NCBI RefSeq assembly: GCF_963921235.1
Contig: NC_086097.1
Coordinates: forward strand, 166,906,001-166,970,000
DNA length: 64,000 nucleotides
Direction of reading: 5' to 3'
Origin: Mobula hypostoma
Taxonomy: Eukaryota
The notes beneath the pieces were generated by a model. It saw nothing but the letters and a program-made list of their open reading frames with translations. It did not search any database and was not told where the DNA came from. Made by a program: the position numbers and the translations under genes. Below, piece after piece: positions 24,770 through 36,564 of this stretch (position 1 is the first letter of the stretch; every line of letters starts with the position of its first letter).

Positions 24770-27700
24770 TAAATCTTTTTATTTATTTTTCAAAAGTTAT
24801 AAACAAAATAACAATGTTGATACAAAGAGATTGGAATATTGTTAATAAACATATACAAAAAAGATTTCAGATAACACAGGTATAGTAGACTTCCAAACTC
24901 ATGATGCAATTAATCATAAAAAAGAAATAAAAAGAAAAAAACAAAGAACCCCTCCCACCAAAAAGAAAAAAAACGAAATACTAAACCCAAAAAAGCGAAC
25001 GGAACAAAACAAGGCTAGTCCAATATCTAAAATCGAACACCTTCAGTAATGCCAACAACTTTGCTTCTCTATTCATATATTTTAAGCTAATAAGAAGGAT
25101 TCAGAAAGGTCAAATTACATCATATGAAAATGTTGAATAAATGGTTTCCAAGTTTCTTCAAATTTAACCGAAGGATCAAAAATATCACTTCTAATTTTTT
25201 TTAAATTTAAACATAACATAGTTTGGGAAAACCATTGGATTGTAGTTGGAGGACTGGTCTCCTTCCAGTTCAATAAAATAGATCTTCTGGCCATTAAAGT
25301 AACAAATGCAATCATCCGACAGGCTGAAGAAGATAAAGATCTATGTTCTACCATTGGCAATCCAAAAATTGCCATAATAGGATGGGATTGTAAATCAAAA
25401 CACAGAACTGTTGAGATAATATCAAAAATATCTTTCCAATATTTTTCCAAAAGAGGACAGGACCAAAACATACGAATTAAAGAAGCCAACTCAGAGTGAC
25501 ATCTGTCACAAAAAGGGTTTAAATGGGAATAAAAACGGGCTAATTTATCCTTAGACATATGGGCTGTATGCACTACTTTAAATTGTATTAACGTATGTTT
25601 AGCACATATAGAGGAAGTACTGACTAATTGAAAAAAATTATCCCATTCTTCTATAGGTAGGCAAAGTTGAAGTTCCCTTTCCCATTCATTTTTAAGTTTA
25701 TCAGATATACCTGGCTGTAATTTCATAATTATATCATAGATAGATGCTATTAATCCCTTCTGAAGAGGATTTAAACCTAAAATTTTATCAATGATATCAG
25801 TAGGGTATGAGGTCGGAAAGGTAGGCAACATAGTATTTAAAAAATTTCTTATTTGTCAATATCTAAAAAAATAGGATCTAGGCAAATCAATTTCTTAGAT
25901 AACTGTTCAAAAGACATGAAACAATTATCCAGAAATAAGTCACGAAAACATGTTATACCTTTCGTTTTCCATATCAAAAAAGGCTTGGTCCATAATCAAG
26001 GGTTAAAAAAAAATAGATATAATAGGGCTTGATAATATAAATTTGTTCAAACCAAAAAATTCAGAAATTGAAACCATATTCGCAATGTACAAACGAATGT
26101 TTAACTATTGGATTAACCATTTGTTTATTCAATTTAGATAGTACAAAAGGAAGTGAAGTTCCTAAAATGGAAGCTAAAGAGAACCCTTGTACAGAGTCGC
26201 CTTCAAGGTTTACCCAACATGGGCTTGGAGTTATATTCCAATCTTGTGTCCAAAATATTAAATATCAAATATTAATTGCCCAATAATAAAATCTTAGGTT
26301 AGGCAGTGCTAAACCACCATCTTTCTTGGACTTCTGTAAATATTTTTTACTTAATCTGGGATTTTTGATCTGCCATATATAAGAGGAAATTTTAGAATCA
26401 ATACAGTAGTATCAAAAAGGGATTTAGGAATAAAAATTGGTATCGTTTGAAATAAATATAAAAATTTAGGTAAAATAATCATTTTAATAGCATTAATTCT
26501 GCCAATCAGTGATAGAGACAATGGGGACCACTTAGTAATCAGTTGTTTAACCTGATTAATTAATGGTAAAAGATTGAACTTGAATAGATCCTTATGTCTC
26601 TTAGTAATTTTAACTCCCAAGTAAGGAAAATAGTCAGTAGTCACTCTGAATGGAGAACATCTATAAATGAGAACCTGCATATTTAATGGGAAAAGTTCGC
26701 TCTTACCTAGATTCAGTTTATATCCAGAAAAACTACTAAACTAAGCAAGCAAAATTAACACTGCGAGAATAGATTTTCCCAGGTTAGAAATATATAATAG
26801 TAAATCATCTGCATATAGTGATAATTTATGAGTGTCGTTTCCATGGGTGATGCCAGATATATTAGGGGAGTCACGAATAGCAATAGCTAGCGGTTCCAAG
26901 GCAATATCAAATAGTAATGGACTAAGAGGGCAACCCTGCCTAGTACCACGGAATAAATGAAAAAAAGGGGATCTTTGATTGTTAGTAAATACCGAAGCCA
27001 AAGGAGTACGATATATCAGTTTAATCCAAGATATAAATATCGGACTAAAATTAAATTTCTCAAGGGTATTAAATAAATATGTCCATTCAACTCTGTCATA
27101 AGCTTTCTCAGCGTCTAATGAAATAACACATTCTGGAATTCTGGGTGAAGGAGTATAAACAATATTCATTAATCTCCTAATATTAAAAAAAGAGTAACGA
27201 TTTTTAATAAATCCAGTCTGATCAGCAGAAATAATTTGAGGTAATACATTCTCCAATCTCATTGCCAATATTTTAGAAAAAACCTTAGAATCCACATTCA
27301 ACAAAGATATAGGCCAAAAAGATGCACATTCAGTAGGATCCTTAGCTTTTTTAAGAATTAGGGAAATAGAAGCTCAATAAAAATATTGTGGTAATTTACC
27401 TATAGATACTGCATCCCTAAAAATTCTACATAGCCAAGGAGTCAGTGTATTAGAGAAAAATTTAAAAAATTCTACTGTATATCCGTCTGGACCAGGTGCT
27501 TTACCTGAGTTCATCGAAAGAATAGCATTTTTTATTTCCTCTACCGTAATAGGTACGTCTAGTTTTAAATGTTCATTAGATGATAATTTTGGAATATTCA
27601 ATTTCTTTAAACATTCATGCATTATAGTGGAGTCATCAGGAAATTCTGATTGATATAAAGAGGTACAAAATTCTTGAAAGGATATATTTATCTCGTCATG

Positions 27701-28130
27701 ATCAACCGTCAAAGTGTCATCTTGTTTACAAATCTTAACAACCTGTTGCTTAACTGAGGCCGATTTCAATTGATTAGCCAATAGTTTCCCAGTTTTATCA
27801 CCATGTATATAGAATTGACTCTTAGTTTTGGTTAATTGACTTTCAATTGAAGATGATAGTAATAGATTATGTTCCATTTGAAGATCAACTCTCTGTTTGT
27901 AAAGCTCCTAATTAGGGGCTATAGAATATTTCTTGTCAATTTCTTTAATCTTGTCAACCAGTTTAAGTATTTCATTATTAGTTCGCTTTTTTAATCCAGC
28001 AGTGTATGAAATAATTTGTCCACAAAGAATGCTTGAGAAGTATCCCATAGTGCTCCACTGGAAATATCCTCTGTAGAATTCGTTGTGAAGAAAAAATTAA
28101 TCTGTTCCTCAATAAATTTGACAAAATCCG
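24770..28130 (-). mobile_element. L1-clade LINE, 5'-truncated ORF2 (RT and C-terminal CCHC region) plus 3' UTR
   Basis: KAPGPDGY, QTGF, SLDAEKAYDRVEW, GTRQGCPLSPLLF, LYADDLLLY and CDRC...MFWSC motifs; A-rich 3' end near 24770; many frameshifts. Confidence 0.95.
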
Positions 28131-28132
28131 AT

Positions 28133-31035
28133 ATACCAAGAGCCCAACAGTCTTTTCACAAACTTTCCAGAAGGACTTGGCAGATGTAGTTTTGCCATCT
28201 CAATCCACGCCCCTGCAATATGTAGATGATCTACTTTTATGCTCTCTGGATCACCAAGTTTCTTAACAGGACTCTGTAGTGCTTCGTTGGGCCCTGGCTG
28301 ACAAGGGCCACAAGTTGTCAAGACAAAAATTGCAGCTTTGTCAACCCAAAGTGCATTATTTGGGCCACATCTTGAGTGGGATCTGCCACCTACTTTCTGA
28401 CAAAAGGATGAGGGCCATTGTCAGTTTGCCCAAACCATTCCTCAAGAAGGACCTTGTCCACTTCCTGGGTATGACCAGGTATTGCCGATGGTAGAACTTA
28501 ATCAACTTCGGGACCTTGCTTCACCATCAGCTCCAAAGTCAAAGTTCAAAGTAAAATCTGACCATTTGAAGTGGTCGACTGAAGCCAACAGGTCCTTTAC
28601 AACTCTCATAACTGCACCAGCCCTCGGACTCCCAGATTATGGTAAGCACAAGACCAGAGCTTTTTCTGAAGCAGTACTTACTCAACAGCATGACAACGCC
28701 TCTTGTCCAGTTGCCTATTACAAGACTCAACTGGACCCTCTAGCTCAAGGTTATCCTGATTGTTGAGAGCTGTGGCTGCAGCCTACCATGCAATAAATTT
28801 GAACATCAAGTCCTAGTAGCTCTACTCTTACTCTACTCTCAAAATCTGACTCTGGGCTACACGTGCCTTGTGTTGACTCCACTTCAAAATTATACAATTT
28901 CAGTGTGATGCACCAGAGGCCAAAAAGATTTCATGACTAAAGCACACTGTGTACAAGACTCTCAGGGCCTCTGGTATCACCCTAATGGAGATTTTGTGGC
29001 CCTCTCCGCTATCCTCCCTCCACCCCTCCCCCCCCACCCCACCAGCTTACCTGTATGGTACATGATCTGACACATGCAGGAAAAACAGAATGATGGGTAT
29101 GATCAAAAATGAGTGATGTGTGCCAGCCCTTGCAGCCTTAGTGAGAAAAGTAGTGGCAAATTGTATGATTTGTCAGAGGCATAATCCTGGAAAATCACTG
29201 CTGGTACCAGCCGCTGTTGGACCCTCCCCTGGGGACCTTTCATGCATCTCCAAATGGACTTCATGCTATTACCTAGATGCATGGGCTATAATTATGTGCT
29301 TGTCATTTTGTATTTGTTTCCTCAGTGAGTAAAAGCATATCCAGTTCATAGAAATGATGTGATAACTGTCACTAAATGCTTCTTACGAGAATTTATTCCT
29401 AGAAAAATGATCTAGTACTTTCCCAGCGTATATGATGAATTAACTCTTCTAATGGGCTTCCTTATGGGTTTGTGGATGGTATTAATCCAGTATTTCTTCA
29501 GGATCCTGGCAATCTTTCCAGAAGCTGTAGAAATATAAGGAAGACTGCAGTAGTGATGGGTTCCTCCTCGTTGTTAGGCTTCTGGTATTTCTATCTGCCT
29601 CATATTGACGTACTTCCTCTATAAGGGGAACTACTGTGAGCAAACGGATGGAGTGGCCATGTCATCAGTAATTGCTAATTTCTACATGGAAGACTTTGAG
29701 GAGTGGGCCCTGAGTTCATAGTCCTTATGAGCCAAATGCTTCTTCAGACACATCGATGACACCTTCATGGTGTGGCCTCAGACTGCAGCACTCCAACAGT
29801 TCCATGACAGTATACATTCACACATTTAAATTACGATGGAGATGGAGAAGTGATTGCCTTCTGTTCTTGGGCATTCTAATATGACGCAAACCAGACAGTA
29901 GCCTCGGACATGGCATCTATTGGTAATTCACTCACATGGACTTATACCTCAACAATAACAGCCACCATCACACCTCCCAATGTAGAGCGGTTCTTACTAC
30001 TTTGACTAACTGTGCAAGAACTATTTCAGACCCAGAGGTTCTCTCTGAGGAAATAAGATGACTACGCATGATGTTCCTACAGAATGGCTACAAGGAGAAG
30101 GAAATCAGTCAGGCCCTTAAAAGGGCTGACGGGAAAAGCAAGAAACCTAACAACAAGGAGGAACCTGGCGTTATCCCGTCTTCCACAAACCTGTAAGGAA
30201 GCTCAAATCACAGCTTACACGGAGTCAAAGACGGCTTGGGACTTAGATCAGCTGGCATTTACAGGATTGCCAAGGAGTAACATATATCTGCTAGACGAGC
30301 CACACGATAGAAATCAAGAAGCACAGGTGCATCATTTGGGTTACCCAGAGAAATCGGCAGAAGCAGAACTTTGCATTCACAATGGCCATAGGATTGACTT
30401 CAACGGCACAAAACTACTGTGCCATGCCAATGGCTTTTGGGACTGCCTGGTAAAGGAAGCTATTGAAATAAAATTGGAGGAAAAGAATTTTAACCAAGAT
30501 GAAGATCTCACTCTTAAGTAAGAACTAGAATTCCATTGTAAACAAGATGGGAAAGTGGAAATCTGATTGGATGAGGACTAACCAATCAGGAGGAATGGAC
30601 GACAGGGGTATAAATACCACCAGACTAGACATATCCAGGCATCATCCCTGATATAGATGGCAGAGTCTGTCATCGAAACCTCGGTTATAATCGACACCTG
30701 CACCTTGCCTGCAAAGTATGAGATGTTACCCACCGAGATCTCCTCAGGGATTATTCCGAGGTTTGGAATTCCTGAAAAGATCTCGAGGGACAACAGCTCA
30801 CACTTCACAGGCAAGGTAATACAGGAACTAATGAAAGCCGTACAGTGTACGCACGATTTCACCTCTCCTAACCACCCTCAATCTGTTGAAGCAGTTGAAT
30901 GAGAAAACAGGGCCCTGAAAGGCAATCCGGCTAAATTGTGTGAGGAAACTGGACTAAGGACTAAGAGGCACTTCCACTGGTGATCATGACAGTGCGCTGC
31001 ACTCCAAACTGTGTAACGGGACTATCTCCGCACGA
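28133..31035 (+). mobile_element. pol: Class I (gamma/epsilon-like) ERV pol remnant, RT to integrase, split by a Penelope insertion at ~29403-30710
   Basis: SPTVFSQ...LQYVDDLLL, GHKLSRQKLQLCQPKVHYLGH, FLGMTRYCR, APALGLPDY, PVAYY..LDP.AQGYPDC, integrase HDLTH...CMICQRHN, HLQMDF, IIPRFGIPEKISRDNSSHF, HPQS..AVE, TGLSPH. Confidence 0.93.
29403..30710 (+). mobile_element. Second Penelope-like family (Poseidon/Penelope-type): RT, GIY-YIG tail and pseudo-LTR, with an inverted piece at ~29403-29630
   Basis: EQTDGVAM, IANFYMEDFE, FRHIDDTF, THMDLYL, KEAIEIKLEEKNFNQDE motifs; ggggtataaatacc; degenerate hammerhead ctgatata-gatggcag-agt-ctgtcatc-gaaacctc at ~30648-30682. Confidence 0.85.
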
Positions 31036-31039
31036 CTAG

Positions 31040-31262
31040 TCCCATGTGCTTGTCAGCCACTCCTCGGTCAGGCTGCTGGGTGTGCTCTGGAGGATTATAC
31101 ATTCAGAAGGTGGATTGCAATTGCAGCCTATACCGTGAATCATAGTGAGTTTGATTCTGCGCTGTACGTTGATAATGACACTAAAACTGTAAAGGGAGCG
31201 TGGAACTGCAAGGCAAGAGATTCGACTAAAAACATTACTTATAACATCTTTACTGAAGCAAA
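31040..31262 (+). mobile_element. env: ERV env SU remnant
   Basis: tgc tgg gtg tgc = CWVC at 31074-31085, then across frameshifts HSEGGLQLQPIP and NHSEFDSALYVDNDTK...WNC...KNITY with three N-X-S/T sequons, directly after integrase. Confidence 0.75.
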
Positions 31263-31264
31263 TT

Positions 31265-32030
31265 GTGGTGAATTATCACCACAGACAGTGCGGAAGGAGG
31301 TAGAGGCGAGGCTGGTCTGGGGGGTGAGCTGTGCTGAGGCATTGCAAGGCGCAACGTGTTTGAGCCAAGGTCGCAGATGGAGTTGGTATCGCTGCCGGAG
31401 ATGGAGTGAGTGATTTAGAGAGGAGTAGATGCAGAAGAGTTTCGATGCCCGTCCACCTAACCTGGGTGTGAGGTTGGATTGCTCCAAACACTGAGGCAAT
31501 TTGGTGGGATCGAGAATGGCTTCAGGCTTTGTGGCCCAAGTGTATCTTGGCGCCAAGGTCTGGGTCCTAGAGCAAGTCACTACCCAGTGCTTGGACAGTT
31601 TAAATGCTGGCACAGATAGACGGGAAGCCTGAGTGTCAGGAATAGGGGCAAGGATTGAGCTGATTTCACTCGCTTTCCGCAAATATTCATTTCTTTCTCC
31701 ACGGTGCTGAGGCTACGAACTGATCGGTCTGTTGTGTGTTTTTGCTCCACTGGCATGGTGAACTGTGGCCGAGGCTTGAGACCACTCTGGCTGCTCTGGG
31801 AGCAGATCTGGGGACTCAGTCTGTTGCAGAATGCTGTTGGTTTTGCTTCTGTTGTTTGGATGATTTAGTTTTTTCCCTCTATTTCTCTGCCCAGTGGTTT
31901 TTGATCTTCCTTTTTTTTAAATTGTGGTTTTCAGCTGTCTTGCTTTGTGGCTATCTCTAATTAGACAAATCTCAAGGTGTGTAATTTAAACACTCTTTGT
32001 AATAAATGTGCTATGCATCTTTGAATCTTT
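31265..32030 (+). mobile_element. Non-autonomous retroelement with LINE-like 3' tail inserted in env
   Basis: GC-richer body ending in aatctcaaggtgtgta...aataaatgtg...ctttgaatctttt, a tail also seen at ~34045-34205. Confidence 0.55.
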
Positions 32031-32032
32031 TG

Positions 32033-32150
32033 TTGGCCTAGGGGGATGGTACATGTGCTATCATTGGCCAGAAGAGTTGCACGTACATCCTTGATATGTT
32101 CAAGAATATCACCAATTTAGCTGTATGCATCTGAGTAGAAGCTGATAACT
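32033..32150 (+). mobile_element. env: ERV env TM remnant
   Basis: Frame from 32033 reads LA*GDGTCAIIGQKSCTYILDMFKNITNLA: end of the immunosuppressive region plus a CX6CC motif with one Cys mutated (agt tgc). Confidence 0.8.
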
Positions 32151-32336
32151 GAGAGTGATTGAGAGTTGTCATATTCCTTTTAGTCTCTTGCCTGAGGTTG
32201 CTCTGTGGAATGTTGGCCTGCGGAGCAGCCATCTCCAACACGACATAACAGCCAGTCACCCCTGATGAAACTGTCAGAGTTTCAGAGGCTCTGTGTTATT
32301 GAAGTTCAGTAAGATTTATGTTGTCCTCTACAGGAC

Positions 32337-33220
32337 AAAGAGGAGGGAGTGTGGAAGTTGCAGTAAGGCAAAGGTAGGCTGAGGCAGTTGTAGACAAGAC
32401 CATAAGACCATAAGATTTGGGAGCAGAATTAGGCCACTTAGCCCTTCATCATAACAGATCCATTTCCCTCTCAGCCCCAGTCTCTGCCTTCTCCCATGTC
32501 CCTTCATGCCCTGACCAATTAAGACTATCAACCTCGGCCTTAGATATACGTAAGGACTTGACCTCCACAGCCACCTGTGGCAACAAATTCCACAGATTCA
32601 ACACTCTTATGGTTAAAGAAATTCCTCTTTATCTCCATTCTAAAAAGATGCCCTTCCATTTTGAGGCTGTGTTCTCTGGTCTTAGACACTACCATACAGG
32701 AAACATCCTCTCCATGTCCACTCTATCAAGTGAGGCTTTTGAAGTGAGACCACTGGAGACATCTCTGCTGACTACAGGTGGGTAAGATTATGCCTGTATG
32801 TACTCAAGCCAAATGAGTGAGCCTCTTTAGAGAGACTTTTCCAGAAAGGTCTCCCTAAAACAACGTCCTTTTACACAACAGCAGGTGCTGGAGGCAGATG
32901 AGATAGCAGAAGGATGGAAGCATACCCAACAGCTAAGGCTCTATTGTCTTTACGAATTTCAAAATATCATTGGCTGTCTGCTTGAAGTTTTGATTGACTT
33001 TAACATTCTCTGTTGTGAATATCAGTAAGGAAGTCATACATATACAATAATCACCATCCATAACTGTTAAGCCAATTCTGTATAAAAATAGAAGTTTTCT
33101 GTTTGGTTTCAGAACAGTATGGGTGGCAGGGTCTTACGCTGCTCTCCTTGTGCACAAGTAAAATAAAAAAGAATGCTCGAGTCCTAAGTCTGAGTTCGTT
33201 CTGAGCCCAATTATTTTCGT
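32337..33220 (+). mobile_element. Putative polypurine tract and 3' LTR of the ERV, interrupted by CR1
   Basis: aaagaggagggag (32337-32349) followed by TGtgg; ccaat at ~33072, tataaaa at 33081, aataaa at 33162. No second LTR is present to confirm it. Confidence 0.45.
32397..32730 (-). mobile_element. CR1-like LINE 3' fragment
   Basis: (accataag)n tail and reverse complement of the CR1 3' UTR and VNLW-like region. Confidence 0.8.
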
Positions 33221-33636
33221 TTAGTCAGCTCCTTCATGGGTACCAGCCTCCATTATATCCAAGACATCTTCAAGGAGTGGTGCCGTAAGAAGGCAGTGTC
33301 CATCATTAGAGATTCCCACCACCAAGGACCTGCCGTGTACACACTATCATCGTCAGAACGGAGATACAGAAGCCGGAAGACACACACTGAGCGATTCAGG
33401 AACAGCTTCTTAACCTCTGACATATGATTTCTAAATGGACATTGAAGCCACGAACAACACATCACCACATTTCTGTTTTTCTTTGCACTGCTTATTTTAA
33501 CTTAACCATTTGATAAATGAAAAATGTAACTCGGGTTTTTCTCTATATTTATTTATCATGTATTTTATTGTACTGCTCCCATAAAGTTAACAAATTTCAT
33601 GACATATGCCAGTGATATTAAATCTGATTCTGATTA
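33221..33636 (+). mobile_element. Rex1/Babar-like 3' fragment
   Basis: GTSL..IQDIFKE.C.KKA.SII.D.HH...RRYRS..T.T.RFRNSF; gattct tail; similar to 5470-5906. Confidence 0.85.
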
Positions 33637-34334
33637 TTGATGACGGTTTCTTTGACAATCCATGCTTACTCCTCAAAAGTTAATGAGAAATTTTGTTGTA
33701 AAAGTAATTTATTTTTTGTAGATTCTTTTAAGGGTCAGAAAAAAAATCCACAGTTGCTACCAGACCTTGATGTCTTCCTGTATTTTTGCTTGCATTTCAC
33801 CATCTATATTCTGAATGTTGTCAGATGTTTCCACAGTGACTAAGCACACAAACAGATTTGGGAAGCTGACTATTCAATTGCAAAATGGCCTGGCATGACT
33901 TGGTACACATATTTGGACACATCTAAGTTGGAATTGGACAAAAATCTGCTCCTGCAAGTCAAAAAAATAACTGCAGATGCTGAAAATCTGAAACAGAAAT
34001 AGAAAATGCTGAAGGTCAGTCAACAAGGCAGACGGCATCTGCGGGTGATCTTTTTACATGACTTGTTTTTTTTCCTTCTCTGCACATTGGTTGTTTGATT
34101 TTGTTCGATTGGGTTTCTTTGCTCTGTGGCTGCCTGTAAGGAGATGAATCTCAAGGTTGTATACAGTAATCATATTTTGATAACAAATGTACCTTAAACA
34201 TTGAAAAAGGAACAGGGTTAATATTTCAGTTGAAGATTTTGCACCAGAATTTCTGATGAAGGCCCCTCAACCAGACTTGCTAATTTTGTTACTTCTACAA
34301 CAGATGGTCCCTGACGTGCTGAATGTTTAAAGTG

Positions 34335-35848
34335 CCTATAGGAAGAGGTACAGTCGATGTTTCAGGCCGAGACCCTTCGTCAGGACTAACTGAAAGAAGA
34401 GATAGTAAGAGATTTGAAAGTGGGAGGGGGAGGGGAGATCTGAAATGATAGGAGAAGAAGAGGGGGAGGGATGGGGCTAAGAGCTGGAAAGTTGATTGGT
34501 AAAAGGGATACAAGGCTGAAGAAGGGAGAGGATCATGGGATGGGAGGCCTTGGGGAAAAGAAGGGGGGAGGGGAGCACTAGAGGAAGATATAGTGAGAGG
34601 GGCAGAGGGAGAAAAAGGAGAAAGAAAGGGGGAAAATAAATAAATAAATAAGGGATGGGGTAAGAAGGAGAAGAGGTGCATTAACAGAAGTTAGAGAAGT
34701 CAATGTTCATGCCACCAGGTTGGAAGCTACCCAGATGGAATATAAGATGTTGTTCCTCCAACCTGAGTGTGGCTTCATCTTGACAGTAGAGGAGCCCATG
34801 GATGGACTATCAGAATGGGAATGGGACGTGGAATTAAAATGTGTGGCCACTGGGAGATCCTGCTTTCTCTGGCGGACAGAGCATAGGTGTTTAGCAAAAC
34901 GATCTCCCAGTCTGTGTCGGGTCTCGCCAATATATAGAAGGCCGCATCGGGAGCATCGGACGCAGAATATCACACCAGCTGACTCACAGGTGAAGTGTCG
35001 CCTCACCTGGAAGGACTGTCTGGAGCCCTGAATGGTGGTGAGGGAGGAAGTGTAAGGGCATGGTGTAGCACTTGTTCTGCTTACAAGGATAAGTGCCAGG
35101 AGGGAGATCAGTGGGGAGGGATGGGGGGGGGGGGGACAAATGGACGAGGGAGTCGCGTAGGGAGCGATCCCTGGGGAAAGCAGAAAGGTAGGGGGGAGGG
35201 AAAGATGTGCTTGGTGGTGGGATCCCGTTGGAGGTGGTGGAAGTTATGGAGAATTATATGTTGGACCTGGAGGCTGGTGGGGTGGTAGGTGAGGTCAAGG
35301 GGAACCCTATTCCTAGTGAGGTGGCGGGAGGATGAGGTGACAGCAGATGTGCGTGAAATGGGAGAGATGGGTTTGAGAGAAGAGTTGATGGTGGAGTAAG
35401 GGAAGCCACTTTCTTTAAAAAAGGAAGACATCTCCTTCGTCCTGGAATGAAAAACCTCATCTTGAGAGCAGATGCGGCGGAGACGGAGGAATTGTGAGAA
35501 GGGAATGGCATTTTTGCAAGAGACAGGGTGGGAAGAGGAATAGTCCAGGTAGCTGTAGGCCTCCCGTTCCATGATCCTCTCCCTTCTCCAGCCTTGTATC
35601 CCTTTTGCCAACCAACTTTCCAGCTTTTGGCTCCATCCTTCCCCCTCCTGTCTTCTCCTATCATTTTGGATCTCCCCCTCCCACTCTCAGATCTCTTACT
35701 GTCTCTTCTTTCAGTTAATCCTGACGAAGGGTCTCAACCCAAAACTTTGACTGTACCTCTTCCTATAGATGCTGCCTGGCCTGCTGCATTCCACCAGCAT
35801 TTTGTGTGTGTCGCTTGAATTTCCAGCATCTGCAGATTTCCTCGTATT
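34335..35848 (-). mobile_element. Neptune-like Penelope element: long minus arm (RT C-terminus, GIY-YIG, 3' region; 34335-35556) plus inverted 3' end (35557-35848, +)
   Basis: YLDYSSSHP..CKNAIPFSQFLRLRRICS and FTCESAGVIFCVRCSRCGLLYIGETRHRLGDRF..H. 14-bp TSD tgaatgtttaaagt at 34320-34333 and 35849-35862. Hammerhead motifs at ~34351-34388 (-) and ~35716-35752 (+, degenerate). Confidence 0.93.
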
Positions 35849-36564
35849 TGAATGTTTAAAGTATTTTGTTTTTATTTCTGAAACTTGTCCGGAGTGGCAA
35901 GCACTAAACTAACAGCATCTCTCGCAGCTTTACTCACCTGCATGACTTCCAATGAAGTCAATGGAACATAGTTGGGAATGAATGCGTGGAAGTGAGAACA
36001 GCCTGCAACCAAAACTTTCACATGTACTGAACACCCACAATCAAAGGCAAAGTTCTGAGATTGCTTTCCCTTTTTTTTGATCTTATTAACCTTAAAACAG
36101 ATTATCTGGCCATAATCACTCAATGTGTGCAAACTCAGCTTTCCAGAATTGAAAAAGTGATTGCAGCTTAAATATGCTTTATTACCTGCAAGGAACATTG
36201 GGACATCCTGAATTTCTGAAATGCAGTCTTTTTATTTGGAATATTCATAATTTCTACCGATTTAACTGTGCAAACACACTATCAATCTCAGCAGCACATT
36301 GGAACTGGCACTTCATAAAAGACAACAAAGATTGTTCTGTTGAAAAATTTTACACCATATTTAGTAACTGCACTTAGTATTTAGGTGAACATGCATGTTC
36401 TTATTACAATTTCTAGCATTTAGGTTTTCCTTTCAAATCAGTTCACCCAAAAACAGAACAAAACAAAATGCTATTAATATTAACTCTTCACGCTTTTTAG
36501 ACAAGAAACTGGCAGAGAAGTCATCACAAAAAAATAGGAAGCGACCAAACCAAACTCATTCGAC

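Noticed and set aside
29393..30760. ttattcc(t/g)ag as the TSD of the Penelope insertion in integrase
   Set aside because: It has a mismatch, and ~40 nt of unexplained sequence precedes the right copy, so the exact boundary is not asserted.
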